A stretch of 64,000 nt of DNA. It comes from an uncultured Acidobacteriota bacterium (GTDB taxonomy: Bacteria > Acidobacteriota > Terriglobia > Acidiferrales > UBA7541). The translations under genes and the position numbers were made by a program. The stretch is from contig CAWFXG010000039.1 of the NCBI GenBank assembly GCA_963819745.1, positions 10,920 through 74,919 of the forward strand. Direction: 5' to 3'. Shown here in pieces: positions 49,909-60,739 of the stretch. Position 1 is the first letter of the stretch. Each line of letters begins with the position of its first letter. A model generated the notes under the pieces. It had not been told where the DNA came from. It worked only from the letters and a program-made list of their open reading frames with translations, and searched no databases.

Positions 49909-50244
49909 TTACCCCCTAACAATCCCATTGAGTGACGAATCGATGTTTTTCCACTCCGCCAGCAAGTGCTTGAGGATCTGTTTGCCTTCGGCGGAAAGCA
50001 CGTAGAAGCGCTTGTTACGCTTGTCTTCCTCGCGCCACTCGCTGACCAGCAAGCCCTGGGTCTCCAGGCGGCGAAGAAGCGGGTAGAGAGTGCCCTCATC
50101 AATGGCCATTCCGTGGTCGGCCAGCGCCTTGCGAAGGGTATATCCGTACTGCTCGGTTTTCAGCTGAGCAAGAACGGCGAGGATGAGGGAGCCGCGGCGA
50201 AGTTCCATGCGAAGGTTCTCGAAGAGAGTAGAATTGGTGGTCAT
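49909..50244 (-). CDS. PadR family transcriptional regulator (start may be 50256)
   Basis: ELRRGSLILAVL, YGYTL, EGTLYPLLRRLE.QGLL.SEW motifs. Confidence 0.92.
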   Translation of the reverse strand: MTTNSTLFENLRMELRRGSLILAVLAQLKTEQYGYTLRKALADHGMAIDEGTLYPLLRRLETQGLLVSEWREEDKRNKRFYVLSAEGKQILKHLLAEWKNIDSSLNGIVRG

Positions 50245-50301
50245 ACTGTGCGCCATCTACTGTACGGCATACACTGTATGACGCACAGTATTAGTTGTCA
50301 A
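50243..50301 (-). promoter_or_regulatory. PadR promoter TTGACA-N17-TACAGT with phased operator array
   Basis: ATACTGTGCG/CGCACAGTAT inverted repeat; ACTGT at 50245, 50259 and 50273 (14-bp period). Confidence 0.75.
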
Positions 50302-50465
50302 GTCTTTTTTTTGACTCTTTTTTGGGTTCGCGGTATCCCATTCCGCGGGTGAACTCCGTGGCGTCGCTGGACGCGCACGGGGGAGTAATGCTAGCGTCCC
50401 AGCAACACAGACCGGTGGTATCGGCCGGTCCACTGAAATCTCCCGCTGGCAAAGGACCTATCAAC

Positions 50466-53198
50466 ATGCCCCGAATTCAGACCATAGAAGACCGGCGCTT
50501 GGAAGAAGCCCGCACCCGCAAGAGGCATTGGAAACGCTGGGGACCGTATCTTTCGGAGCGGCAATGGGGCACGGTGCGCGAGGACTACAGCCAGGGAGGG
50601 ACGGCGTGGGAGTTTTTTCCACACGATCACGCGCGCTCGCGGGCCTACCGCTGGGGCGAAGACGGAATCGGGGGCATCTGCGACCGGCACCAGATGATGT
50701 GCTTCGGGATTTCCTTATGGAACGGGCGTGATCCGATCCTGAAGGAAAGGCTATTTGGGCTGACTGGAAACCAGGGCAATCACGGCGAGGACGTCAAGGA
50801 ATACTACTTTTACCTGGATTCGACGCCAACGCACAGCTACATGCGGATGCTCTACAAGTATCCGCAGGCGGAATATCCGTACCAAAGATTAGTGGAGGAG
50901 AACGCGAAGCGGGGCAAAGCCGACCCGGAGTTCGAGCTGGTAGATACCGGGGTATTTCAGGAGAACCGCTATTTCGACGTAATGGTGGAGTATGCCAAAG
51001 CCGACTGCGAAGACATCCTGATCAAGATTACGGTTGCGAACCGTGGGCCGGAGCAAGCGGCGCTGCATATCCTGCCAACACTGTGGTTCCGGAACACGTG
51101 GTCCTGGGGCAAGGATCTGCGCCGGCCAACCGCGCGAGTAGCCACGGGCGTCCCGGGCGCGGTTTGCGCGGAGTTGCAGCATTGGCAGTATGGAAAGCGC
51201 TGGCTGTTATTCCAGGGCAACCCGGAACTGGTGTTCACGGAAAACGAGACGAACAATCAAAAGCTGTTCGGAGGTAAGAACCGGTCGTACGTCAAAGATG
51301 CGTTTCACGAATATGTAATTGGTGGACAGAAAGCCGCGGTGAATCCCAAGCAGGTGGGCACCAAGGTGGCGGGGGTATACGTGTTGCAGTTGGGGAGTGG
51401 ACAATCGGCAACCCTGAAGCTGCGCTTGACGGACCTGGAGCCGCTGGCTTCCTTGGATATGGACTCAGGGATGGTTGGCACACTGAACTCGCCGGCACAA
51501 GCGGAACGCGGCGAGGGAGTGCCGGGATCAAACGATTTTTCGGCGGGTTTCGAGGGCCTATTCGCGAAGCGCCAGCAAGAGGCCGACGAATTTTACGCTT
51601 CGCGCATTCCGAAGGAATTGTCGGAAGACGCGAAGATGGTGATGCGGCAGGCGTTTTCAGGGATGTTGTGGTGCAAGCAGTTTTATCACTATGACGTGAA
51701 TACCTGGTTGCACGGCGACCCCGCGGGTCCAACGCCTCCGCCAGAACGGCTCAAGGGGCGAAATAAGGACTGGGCGCACCTCTACAACGACGATGTGATT
51801 TCCATGCCGGACAAGTGGGAGTATCCGTGGTATGCGGCATGGGACCTGGCGTTTCATTGCATACCGCTGGCGCTAGTCGATCCGGATTTTGCGAAGGAAC
51901 AACTGACGCTGCTGCTACGCGAATGGTACATGCACCCCAACGGGCAATTGCCGGCGTATGAGTGGGCCTTCGGCGACGTAAACCCGCCGGTGCATGCGTG
52001 GGCGGCATGGCGTGTGTACAAGATCGAGCGGCGCGTGCGTGGAGTGGCCGACCGCGGATTCCTGGAAAAAGTGTTCCACAAGCTGCTTTTGAATTTCACC
52101 TGGTGGGTAAACCGCAAAGATCCCGAGGGCATGAATATCTTTGAAGGCGGCTTTCTGGGACTCGACAACATCGGGGTGTTTGACCGGTCGGCACCGCTGC
52201 CGACCGGCGGACATCTGGAGCAGTCCGATGGGACAAGCTGGATGGGCATGTACTGCCTGAATATGCTGGCAATCGCGCTGGAACTTGCGAAAGAGGATCC
52301 GGCGTATGAAGACGTCGCCAGCAAGTTCTTTGAGCACTTTGTGCACATTGCGCACGCCATGAACGACATGGGTACGGATGGGCGTGCCTTGTGGGACGAT
52401 GCGGACGGTTTTTACTACGACGTGCTGCAGTTGCCGAACGGGGAAGAGCGCTTCCTGAAGATTCGCTCGATGGTGGGATTGATTCCCCTGTTCGCGGTGG
52501 AGACGCTGGAGCCGGAGATTGTGGATCGCTTGCCGGGATTCAAGCGGCGCATGCAATGGTTCATCGACAACCATACTGATGTGCCCGAGCACATTGAAAT
52601 GACCCAGGGATCGTCACGTGGGGTGCGGCGGCTGCTATCGCTGGTGAATCGAAAACAGTTAAAGCGGGTACTGGGCCGGATGCTGGACGAGACGGAGTTC
52701 CTGTCGCCGTATGGCGTGCGCGCTCTTTCGCGGTATCACCTGGACCATCCGTACGAAGTGTACGTGAATGGGCATTGCAATCGAGTGGACTATGAGCCGG
52801 CGGAATCCAGCACGGGGCTCTTTGGAGGAAATTCCAACTGGCGAGGCCCGATCTGGTTTCCGGTGAACTACCTGCTGATTGAATCGTTGCAGAAGTTTCA
52901 TCATTATTACGGAGAGGACTTCAAGGTGGCCTGTCCGGCGCATACCAATACGGAGTGTGACTTGTGGCAGGTGGCGGCCGAGATTTCGCGGCGGCTGATC
53001 CGAATTTTCCTGCGGGGAAGCGACGGCAATCGCCCGGTAGCTGGGGGGACTGAGCTATTTCAGAAGGATCCGCACTGGAACGATCTCATCCTCTTTTATG
53101 AATATTTTCATGGGGACAACGGCGCAGGCATCGGCGCGAGCCACCAGACGGGTTGGACTGGCCTGGTGGCCAAGTTGATTGAACAGAGCGGTGAGTAG
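50466..53198 (+). CDS. GH63/MGH1-like glucosidase
   Basis: [48 protein letters not shown] and [10 protein letters not shown] motifs. Confidence 0.92.
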   Translation: MPRIQTIEDRRLEEARTRKRHWKRWGPYLSERQWGTVREDYSQGGTAWEFFPHDHARSRAYRWGEDGIGGICDRHQMMCFGISLWNGRDPILKERLFGLTGNQGNHGEDVKEYYFYLDSTPTHSYMRMLYKYPQAEYPYQRLVEENAKRGKADPEFELVDTGVFQENRYFDVMVEYAKADCEDILIKITVANRGPEQAALHILPTLWFRNTWSWGKDLRRPTARVATGVPGAVCAELQHWQYGKRWLLFQGNPELVFTENETNNQKLFGGKNRSYVKDAFHEYVIGGQKAAVNPKQVGTKVAGVYVLQLGSGQSATLKLRLTDLEPLASLDMDSGMVGTLNSPAQAERGEGVPGSNDFSAGFEGLFAKRQQEADEFYASRIPKELSEDAKMVMRQAFSGMLWCKQFYHYDVNTWLHGDPAGPTPPPERLKGRNKDWAHLYNDDVISMPDKWEYPWYAAWDLAFHCIPLALVDPDFAKEQLTLLLREWYMHPNGQLPAYEWAFGDVNPPVHAWAAWRVYKIERRVRGVADRGFLEKVFHKLLLNFTWWVNRKDPEGMNIFEGGFLGLDNIGVFDRSAPLPTGGHLEQSDGTSWMGMYCLNMLAIALELAKEDPAYEDVASKFFEHFVHIAHAMNDMGTDGRALWDDADGFYYDVLQLPNGEERFLKIRSMVGLIPLFAVETLEPEIVDRLPGFKRRMQWFIDNHTDVPEHIEMTQGSSRGVRRLLSLVNRKQLKRVLGRMLDETEFLSPYGVRALSRYHLDHPYEVYVNGHCNRVDYEPAESSTGLFGGNSNWRGPIWFPVNYLLIESLQKFHHYYGEDFKVACPAHTNTECDLWQVAAEISRRLIRIFLRGSDGNRPVAGGTELFQKDPHWNDLILFYEYFHGDNGAGIGASHQTGWTGLVAKLIEQSGE

Positions 53199-53584
53199 CG
53201 AGCCGGCAATCATTTTTCGCGCAGCGACAGCAGCCGACGTGCCGGAGTTGCTTCCGATGATGCGCCGGCTGGCCTTGCAAGAACCCGCGATTCCCTTCAA
53301 TGAAGCTGCGGTGACGCGCGCCTGGGAGAAATTCTTCTCCGAGGCGGAGTTCGGTCGCGCGTGGCTGATGGTGATGGGTGGAGAAGTGGCGGGCTACGTG
53401 ATTCTGACGCTAGGATACAGCTTCGAATATCGGGGACGAAGAGCGTGCTCGCGAGCTGGGCGTCAATGCGATCCACCTGGAAGTGGATCGCGGGAATGAG
53501 CCGGGACTGGGCTTGTATCGCGGGAGGGGATACGTAGACCACGACCGCTACCTGATGACCAAGTGGATTGTCTCTGAAAATTAA
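53191..53584 (+). pseudogene. GNAT acetyltransferase with internal deletion and frameshift
   Basis: N-half ends GYSFEYRGR; C-half EERARELGVNAIHLEVDRGN..LY...GYVDHDRYLMTKW is in another frame; motif A is missing. Confidence 0.75.
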
Positions 53585-53635
53585 TAGCAACGCGACACGC
53601 ATGAAGTGATAGTTTCCCCGGGGAGAGCCTCGCCA

Positions 53636-55711
53636 ATGACCACGCAGTCTCGCAAATCGCCGCGCCGGACCAGCAAGCAAAACCCAACGCCGGAGCTTCC
53701 GTCCAGCGTGCAATTCGGGCGCGAAGTATGCGGAAACCTGGAAGCGGCGGTATCGCGCGAGTGGCTGGTGACGAATGGCTTAGGCGGGTTCGCCTCGGGA
53801 ACGGTCGCGGGCGCGATGACCCGCCGCTACCACGGATTGCTGATTGCGGCGCTGCAGCCGCCGGTGGGGCGAACGCAGTTAGTGAGCACCCTGGATGAAA
53901 TTGTACGGTATGGCGGTTCGGAGTACTCACTGGCCACGCACGAATGGTCGAGCGGCGCGGTAGACCCCAAAGGTTTTCTCAACATTGAAACATTTCGATT
54001 GGACGGATCAACGCCGGTTTGGACCTATGCGCTGGCCGACGCATTGCTTGAGAAGCGTGTGTGGATGCGCCAGGGAGAGAACACCACTTACATCCAATAC
54101 AGCCTGATTCGAGGAACTGGACCGGTGGAAATGGATGTGAAGGCGCTGGTGAACTACCGGGACTTTCATGCGTCTACGCATGCCGGCGACTGGCACATGG
54201 CTATCGAGAGTGTCGAAGACGGAGTGAGTATCCGCGCGTTCGACGGAGCCCGGACATTTTATCTGAAGTGCCGGGAAGCAACCTGTGAATCGCGTCACGA
54301 GTGGTACCGGGATTGTTTTTTGGAGGCGGAGAGGGAACGCGGCCTGGATGATCATGAGGATCAGCTGTTCGCCGCGATATTCCACGCGAAACTGAGCGTC
54401 GGAGCGAGCGTGACCATCGTGGCGAGCACCGAACAGAATTGCTTGCTGGATGGCGCAGCCTCACGCCGGGAAATTTCCGAGCAGCACTCCACGCTGCTAA
54501 ACGAATGGCAAACGGATAGCGGAAAAAGGGATGGCGACTCACCGGCCTGGCTGGCGCAGCTGGTGCTTGCGGCGGATCAATTCATAGTTCGCCGCAGTCT
54601 TCCGGAGCAACCGGATGGACGCAGCATCATTGCAGGTTACCACTGGTTTGGAGACTGGGGCCGGGACACGATGATTGCGTTGCCGGGGCTGACGCTGGCG
54701 ACGGGGCGCGCGGACGTAGCACGGCGAATTCTGCTGGCATTCGCGGGTTACGTGGACGGCGGAATGCTGCCGAACAATTTTCCGGATGCCGGAGGCAAGC
54801 CCGAATACAACACCGTTGATGCGGCGTTGTGGTACTTCGAGGCCGTGCGCCAATACTGCGCGGCGACGGAGGACAAAAAGGTCCTGCAGGCGCTGTTTCC
54901 GGTGTTGAGCGCGATGATCGATGCGCATGTCCAGGGCACGCGCTACAACATCCACGTGGATCCTGCCGATGGCCTACTGTATGCCGGAGGGCCCGGCGTG
55001 CAACTCACCTGGATGGACGCGAAAGTCGGGGACTGGGTGGTCACTCCCCGGACCGGCAAGCCGGTGGAAGTGAATGCATTGTGGATCAATGCGCTGGCGA
55101 CCATCGCGGAATTCTCCCGCCTGCTGGGTAAACCGGGCGAGGGCTACGAAAAGCTTTTGGCCAAGGCGCAAAAGAATTTCCAAAAATTCTGGAATAACGA
55201 ACGAGATTGTTGTTTCGACGTAATCGATTCGCCCGGAATCGGCAATGATGCAGCCTTGCGGCCCAACCAGATTTTCGCAGTTTCTCTCCCGGTGAGCCCG
55301 CTGACGGAAGACCAGCAGAAGTCCGTCGTGGAGATTTGCGCGCAGCATTTGCTGACATCCTACGGATTGCGCAGCCTTGGACCCAAGGAACCAGGCTATT
55401 GCGGGCACTACGGCGGCGGACCGCGAGACCGGGATGCCGCCTACCACCAGGGAACGGTCTGGGGCTGGCTTCTGGGACCGTTTGTGTTGGCGCATCTCCG
55501 CGTTTATGGCGACACCGAGGAAGCTCTCCGCTTTCTGGAGCCGCTGGGAATCGGGGTACACATGTACGGTCTGGGTACTCTGGGGGAGATTTTCGAAGGC
55601 GATCCACCATTCGCTCCCATCGGCTGCATCGCGCAGGCCTGGACGGTCGGCGAGGTGCTCCGAGCGGTTCGCGAAATTCAGGAGAAACAAGAAGGCACTA
55701 GTGCCGGTTGA
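53636..55711 (+). CDS. Amylo-alpha-1,6-glucosidase (glycogen debranching family)
   Basis: REWLVTNGLGGFASGT, IAGYHWFGDWGRDTMI, LTWMDAK, LRPNQ, YHQGTVW and AQAW motifs. Confidence 0.93.
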   Translation: MTTQSRKSPRRTSKQNPTPELPSSVQFGREVCGNLEAAVSREWLVTNGLGGFASGTVAGAMTRRYHGLLIAALQPPVGRTQLVSTLDEIVRYGGSEYSLATHEWSSGAVDPKGFLNIETFRLDGSTPVWTYALADALLEKRVWMRQGENTTYIQYSLIRGTGPVEMDVKALVNYRDFHASTHAGDWHMAIESVEDGVSIRAFDGARTFYLKCREATCESRHEWYRDCFLEAERERGLDDHEDQLFAAIFHAKLSVGASVTIVASTEQNCLLDGAASRREISEQHSTLLNEWQTDSGKRDGDSPAWLAQLVLAADQFIVRRSLPEQPDGRSIIAGYHWFGDWGRDTMIALPGLTLATGRADVARRILLAFAGYVDGGMLPNNFPDAGGKPEYNTVDAALWYFEAVRQYCAATEDKKVLQALFPVLSAMIDAHVQGTRYNIHVDPADGLLYAGGPGVQLTWMDAKVGDWVVTPRTGKPVEVNALWINALATIAEFSRLLGKPGEGYEKLLAKAQKNFQKFWNNERDCCFDVIDSPGIGNDAALRPNQIFAVSLPVSPLTEDQQKSVVEICAQHLLTSYGLRSLGPKEPGYCGHYGGGPRDRDAAYHQGTVWGWLLGPFVLAHLRVYGDTEEALRFLEPLGIGVHMYGLGTLGEIFEGDPPFAPIGCIAQAWTVGEVLRAVREIQEKQEGTSAG

Positions 55712-56279
55712 GCGGGGACGTTTCGTACAGCTCGATGAGTAATTTACCCGAGGCGGGCGACGGAACCAGGAAGAAATTGATTCGCGTGCCGCCAGCTCCG
55801 CGTCGCGCTTCGGGATAAACGGGAGAAAGAGCGAACTTCGCCTGCAGAATTCGAGTGGTCCGGTCCACGTCAGCGCATCGAAATTCTACCTGCTGGATGC
55901 CCTCGCCGAATTTTTTCAGGTAACGCGCGATGGCACCCTGATCACCCATTTCTCGCGTAGTCAGGATATCCAGGGCTACTCCATCGGGAAAGTGCAATTC
56001 AAATTCCCGGGTATCCTGTTCCGGAGGAACGTCTGCCAGCAGCGGCCTTCCGTTTGCGCGCCAGATATTTTCAAAGGTTGGGGGCTCGACCGCCAGGCCT
56101 ACGGTGACTGCGGGCCGGGAGCCCAGCAGTTCGGCCAAGTCGGCATTTTCCCACCAAGCCGATGTGGCCGCCATTGCGGCGGACTGGCCTTGGAGGTAGA
56201 TGGTGGTGGCAGCCGGAGTTCGTGTCAGGACGTCCGCTGAGCTCAGCTGCAGGACGGCATCGGCAAGGGGACTGGACAT
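55698..56279 (-). CDS. VOC-like (methylmalonyl-CoA epimerase-like C-terminus) protein
   Basis: AIARYLKKFGEGIQQVEF..ADV, GAGGTRINF and LIELYE motifs. Confidence 0.55.
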   Translation of the reverse strand: MSSPLADAVLQLSSADVLTRTPAATTIYLQGQSAAMAATSAWWENADLAELLGSRPAVTVGLAVEPPTFENIWRANGRPLLADVPPEQDTREFELHFPDGVALDILTTREMGDQGAIARYLKKFGEGIQQVEFRCADVDRTTRILQAKFALSPVYPEARRGAGGTRINFFLVPSPASGKLLIELYETSPLNRH

Positions 56280-56371
56280 GGAAGGTTCAGGAATTGTAGC
56301 GTGAGAGGGTCTAGACGAAGAAGTGAAACGCTCGAGGTAACGAAGGTACCGCCAGATTCATCCCACAGGCT

Positions 56372-58042
56372 ATGCCGAAACCTGTCTTATTGACCGTCGA
56401 CGACGATCCGGAAGTATTGAGAGCCATTGAACGGGATTTGCGTACGAGGTATGCGCAGAAATACCGGGTAATGCGCGCAGACTCCGGCAAGGCGGGACTC
56501 GCGACCTTGAGGGAGTTGAAGGCGCGCAACAATCCGGTGGCTTTGTTGCTGGCCGACCAGCGAATGCCGCAGATGGATGGAGTGGATTTTCTTTCGGAAG
56601 CGATGGACATCCATCCGCAGGCCAAACGAGCTCTGCTGACTGCTTATGCCGATACGACCGCCGCGATCGATGCCATCAACGAAGCACGCGTCCATTACTA
56701 CCTGATGAAACCGTGGGACCCTCCGGAGGAAAAGCTTTTTCCGGCGCTGGATGACCTGCTGCACGATTGGCTGGCGCAATTTCGTCCGCCGTATGAGGGC
56801 ATTCGGGTGCTGGGAACGCGGTGGGCCGCGAGGTCTTACGAGTTACGAGACTTTCTCGGGCGTAACCAAGTGCCGTACCAGTGGATTGACATTGAGTTGG
56901 CCTCCAACGATGCGGACGTACGCCGGTTGGTCGAGTCCCTGGGTCCCGAAGCGGAGACCCTGCCACTGATTCTTTTCCCCGATGGGGAGCGCCTTCCTGA
57001 GCCCCCTTTGCCCGCCGTGGCGGCCAAGCTCGGTCTACATACCCGCGCGGAGACCAGTTTTTACGATTTGGCGATCGTCGGCGGAGGTCCGGCGGGCCTG
57101 GCCGCGGCCGTCTATGGAGCATCTGAAGGCCTGCGCACCGTGATTATCGAAAGGGAAGCGCCAGGCGGTCAGGCGGGACTTAGCTCACGCATAGAGAACT
57201 ACTTAGGCTTTCCTTCCGGGCTGACCGGCAGCGATCTGGCGCGACGTGCGGTCGCCCAGGCGCGAAGATTCAACGTGGAAATCCTTGCGCCGCAGGAAGC
57301 CTTGGGCGTACGCGTCGAGGGTCCCTACCGTTACATCGCACTTGCCGACGGCACGGAGATTTCGTGCCACGCGTTGCTGCTGGCCATGGGAGTGCAGTGG
57401 AGAACGCTGGACATACCCGGAGTCGACAAACTTCACGGTGCTGGAGTTTATTACGGCGGCGGGACGTCCGAGGCTCTTTCCTGCAAAGGGGAGACCGTCT
57501 ACATCGTTGGCGGGGCCAACTCCGCGGGTCAGGCAGCTATGCACTTCTCCAAATTCGCCGGCAAGGTCATTATGCTGGTGCGAAGTGCGTCGCTGGCCAG
57601 CACTATGTCGCACTATCTGATCGAGCAAATTGAAAAGACGACCAATATCGAAGTGTGGGCCAACAGCAGCGTCACCGAAGTTCATGGAGAAGGCCGGCTG
57701 TCCTCCATTACCGTGCGGCGGGAGGGTAATGCGCCACAAATTCTCCCAGCCAACAGTTTATTCATCTTCATCGGCGCGCGTCCCCGGACTGATTGGCTTG
57801 GCAAACTCATCGAGCGCGATGACTTGGGGTTCGTGCTTTCCGGCCCGGACCTGCTGCGGGACGGCAAGCGTCCTGCAACGTGGACCTTGGACCGCGATCC
57901 AGGCCTGCTGGAGACAAACGTTCCGGGAGTTTTCGTGGTCGGAGACGTGCGGCATGGTTCGGTGAAGCGCGTGGCATCCGGAGTTGGCGAGGGCGCAGTT
58001 GTAGTGCAGTTCATGCATCAGTATTTAGCGAAGGTTCAGTAG
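56372..58042 (+). CDS. Response regulator receiver - glutaredoxin-like - thioredoxin reductase-like fusion lacking CxxC
   Basis: VDDD, ADQRMP, KPW; GGGPAG, GGQ, IENYLGFP, GVYYGG, GGANSAGQ, GDVR. Confidence 0.9.
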   Translation: MPKPVLLTVDDDPEVLRAIERDLRTRYAQKYRVMRADSGKAGLATLRELKARNNPVALLLADQRMPQMDGVDFLSEAMDIHPQAKRALLTAYADTTAAIDAINEARVHYYLMKPWDPPEEKLFPALDDLLHDWLAQFRPPYEGIRVLGTRWAARSYELRDFLGRNQVPYQWIDIELASNDADVRRLVESLGPEAETLPLILFPDGERLPEPPLPAVAAKLGLHTRAETSFYDLAIVGGGPAGLAAAVYGASEGLRTVIIEREAPGGQAGLSSRIENYLGFPSGLTGSDLARRAVAQARRFNVEILAPQEALGVRVEGPYRYIALADGTEISCHALLLAMGVQWRTLDIPGVDKLHGAGVYYGGGTSEALSCKGETVYIVGGANSAGQAAMHFSKFAGKVIMLVRSASLASTMSHYLIEQIEKTTNIEVWANSSVTEVHGEGRLSSITVRREGNAPQILPANSLFIFIGARPRTDWLGKLIERDDLGFVLSGPDLLRDGKRPATWTLDRDPGLLETNVPGVFVVGDVRHGSVKRVASGVGEGAVVVQFMHQYLAKVQ

Positions 58043-58090
58043 CAACCGTTCGGGTCCCCATGGGGATGCCAAAATGAGGACGGAAAACGA

Positions 58091-59500
58091 ATGACCGATA
58101 ACTGGAATCCGGAACGACTGCGGAATCTCCTGCCTGATCTGCGGAAGGTAGAGGCGTTCGCGGACCTGCCGCAGGAAGATCTGGAGTGGTTCCTTTCGCA
58201 AACGCAGGAAGGCCACCGGCAAGCAGGCGAGATATTGGTGTACGAAGACACCCCGGCAGACGTCATGCTGGTGTTGCTGAGCGGAGATCTTCGGGGACGG
58301 AGGGACAAGGCGGGCCCGGACGCGCCGATCATCATGATCGAGGGACCCACTGTTACCGGTACGCTGCCGTTTTCCCGGCTGAAAAGCTTTCCGGTGACAA
58401 TGCGAGCGGTGCAGGACGTCCATTTCCTCGAGTTTCCTGCAAACAAGATGGCAGAACTCATTCAGCGCCAGCCGGTCCTGACCCAGCGGCTGGTGGGAAT
58501 GCTGACGGATCGGGTCCGCAATTTCACGGTGGCCAACCAGCAACGCGAAAAGCTGACTGCGCTGGGCAAACTTTCCGCAGGCTTGGCGCACGAGCTGAAC
58601 AATCCGTCCGCGGCAGCGCAACGCTCCGCCGATTCCCTGCGACAATGCCTGGAACGTCTCCGGAAGGTAGCGCGCACTTCCACGATCGGACCGGAAGACT
58701 GCTCGAGACTCGCGAAAACGGAGGAAGAGATTCGCGCGGCGCTGACTCCGGCAAAATTCAAGGACGAGTTCGCGCGAATCGAACGGGAAGAGGCCATCCA
58801 GTCCTGGTTGGAATCGCACCAGGTCTCCGAAGCCTGGGTGCTGGCGCCACTCCTTGCCGATGCCAATCTGACGGATGCGCACCTGGAGCAAGTGGCGGTC
58901 GCTACCGGATCCGCGTTGGAGCCGGAACTTACGCGCTTCGCTACCTTGCTGGAAATGGATCGGATCGCGGCCGAGTTGGAGCACAGCACCGAGCGCATCT
59001 CCGAACTGATCAAAGCCATCAAGGAATATTCCTACATGGATCAGGGCTCGATGCAGGAAATCGATATCACCAGAAGTTTGGAGACCACCCTGACCATCAT
59101 GCACCACAAGCTCAAACGCGGGATCAGCGTCACGCGCAACTATGCTCCGGATTTGCCGAAGGTCATGGCCCATGGCGGTGAGCTCAGCCAGGTGTGGACC
59201 AACCTGATCGACAACGCCGCCGACGCCATGCGCGAGAATGGTTCATTGGGCATTCGCGCGGCGCGGGACGGCGAGTTTGTGCTGGTAGAAATCCGCGACA
59301 CTGGCCCGGGCATTCCACCGGAGGTGCAGCCACGAATCTTCGATCCTTTTTTCACGACAAAAGGAGTGGGAGAGGGAACCGGCCTGGGCCTCGATGTTGT
59401 GCATCGAATCGTTACCGGCATGCGGGGATCGATTTCGGTAAAATCCGAGCCGGGGGATACGCGCTTTGAGGTCCGTATTCCCGTCACTGCCGTTCACTAG
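58091..59500 (+). CDS. Histidine kinase with N-terminal cNMP-binding-like domain
   Basis: AHELNNP, NLIDNA.DAM, D.GPGIP, FDPFFTTK, GTGLGL; no TM. Confidence 0.9.
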   Translation: MTDNWNPERLRNLLPDLRKVEAFADLPQEDLEWFLSQTQEGHRQAGEILVYEDTPADVMLVLLSGDLRGRRDKAGPDAPIIMIEGPTVTGTLPFSRLKSFPVTMRAVQDVHFLEFPANKMAELIQRQPVLTQRLVGMLTDRVRNFTVANQQREKLTALGKLSAGLAHELNNPSAAAQRSADSLRQCLERLRKVARTSTIGPEDCSRLAKTEEEIRAALTPAKFKDEFARIEREEAIQSWLESHQVSEAWVLAPLLADANLTDAHLEQVAVATGSALEPELTRFATLLEMDRIAAELEHSTERISELIKAIKEYSYMDQGSMQEIDITRSLETTLTIMHHKLKRGISVTRNYAPDLPKVMAHGGELSQVWTNLIDNAADAMRENGSLGIRAARDGEFVLVEIRDTGPGIPPEVQPRIFDPFFTTKGVGEGTGLGLDVVHRIVTGMRGSISVKSEPGDTRFEVRIPVTAVH

Positions 59501-59518
59501 GGACTTCTGGAGGCCAGC

Positions 59519-59785
59519 ATGGCGGATGTTTGCACGCACACGGACACGATTCAGAATGTGAAGCCCAAGACCAAAGGCTGCGAAGAATGCCTGAAGATGG
59601 GCGACAGTTGGGTACATCTGCGGTTGTGCATGGAGTGCGGGCACGTGGGTTGCTGCGATTCTTCCAAGAACAAACATGCCACCAAGCACTTCCACGGCAC
59701 CAAGCATCCGATTGTCCGCTCGCTGGAGCGCGGGGAAAACTGGATGTGGTGTTACGTGGACGAAGTCATGTTCGAGGAGGAGTGA
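59519..59785 (+). CDS. UBP-type zinc finger protein
   Basis: CTH..CEEC..W.HLRLC..CGHVGCCDSS..HA..H..HP..S.E.GE.W.WCY.D. Confidence 0.9.
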   Translation: MADVCTHTDTIQNVKPKTKGCEECLKMGDSWVHLRLCMECGHVGCCDSSKNKHATKHFHGTKHPIVRSLERGENWMWCYVDEVMFEEE

Positions 59786-60722
59786 CCGGAGGAGTGACCG
59801 GTGGTTTCGCTTCCGGCCTGGCCGGGAATAATAACGAAGCACCGAGAGCCAGCAGGAGAATGCCCGCAACGACCAGCAGGGAGACCGGCTGGGAAATATG
59901 CAGCCACGGTTCGACAATCATTTTCGCCCCAATAAAGCTCAGCACAAACGACAGCCCGACGGTCAGGAAACGCAGACGGTTCAGTATCCCCGCCAGCAGG
60001 AAGTACAGCGCACGCAAACCGAGAATCGCCAGTACGTTGGACGTATAGACAATAAATGGATCGCGGGTGATTCCGAAGACGGCGGGAATGGAGTCCACCG
60101 CCAGAGTCACGTCGGTAATCTCCACGACCATCAGTACCAGGAACAACGGAGTTGCGAAGAGGACGCCTTCCTTGCGTACGAAAAAATGCTCGCCGTGGTA
60201 TTGGCGGGTAACGCGCAGGTGGCGGCTCGCCAACTGGAATATCCTGCTCTGCTCCGGATGTACGGTCTCCTTGTGGGCGAAAAGCATGTGGATTCCGGCA
60301 TAGACCAGGAATGCTCCGAATACATACATGATCCAGGAAAAGCGGGAGATGAGTCCGGTGCCTACGGCAATCATCACACCGCGCATAACGAGGGCGCCGA
60401 TGACTCCCCATTGCAGCATGCGGTGCTGGTAACGTTCGTCGACGGAAAATGAGCGGAAGATCACCAGGAACAGGAAGAGGTTATCGACGCTCAGGGCTTT
60501 TTCGATGAGGTAGCCGGTGAAGAATTCTATACCCGTCTGATACCCGGCAAAATGCAAGACACCCAATCCGAAGGCCAGGGAAATTCCGACCCACAGCAAG
60601 CTCCAGAATGCCGCTTCGCGCAATCCGACCTTGTGCAGGCGGCGGCTGAACACACCCAGATCCAACGCAATTGCTGCCAGTACGAATAGGTTGAAGCCGA
60701 TCCAGAGGGGGAGTGTGCCCAT
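59766..60722 (-). CDS. TerC/Alx family membrane protein
   Basis: GYLIEKALSVDNLF, E.TD..LAVDSIPA and SNVLAILGLRALYF motifs. Confidence 0.92.
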   Translation of the reverse strand: MGTLPLWIGFNLFVLAAIALDLGVFSRRLHKVGLREAAFWSLLWVGISLAFGLGVLHFAGYQTGIEFFTGYLIEKALSVDNLFLFLVIFRSFSVDERYQHRMLQWGVIGALVMRGVMIAVGTGLISRFSWIMYVFGAFLVYAGIHMLFAHKETVHPEQSRIFQLASRHLRVTRQYHGEHFFVRKEGVLFATPLFLVLMVVEITDVTLAVDSIPAVFGITRDPFIVYTSNVLAILGLRALYFLLAGILNRLRFLTVGLSFVLSFIGAKMIVEPWLHISQPVSLLVVAGILLLALGASLLFPARPEAKPPVTPPVTPPRT

Positions 60723-60739
60723 GGTGAAGGCCTTGCGGA

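Noticed and set aside
59776-59799. 12-bp tandem duplication GGAGGAGTGACC at the UBP/TerC overlap
   Set aside because: Trivial slippage giving PPVT repeats in the TerC tail; no functional signal.
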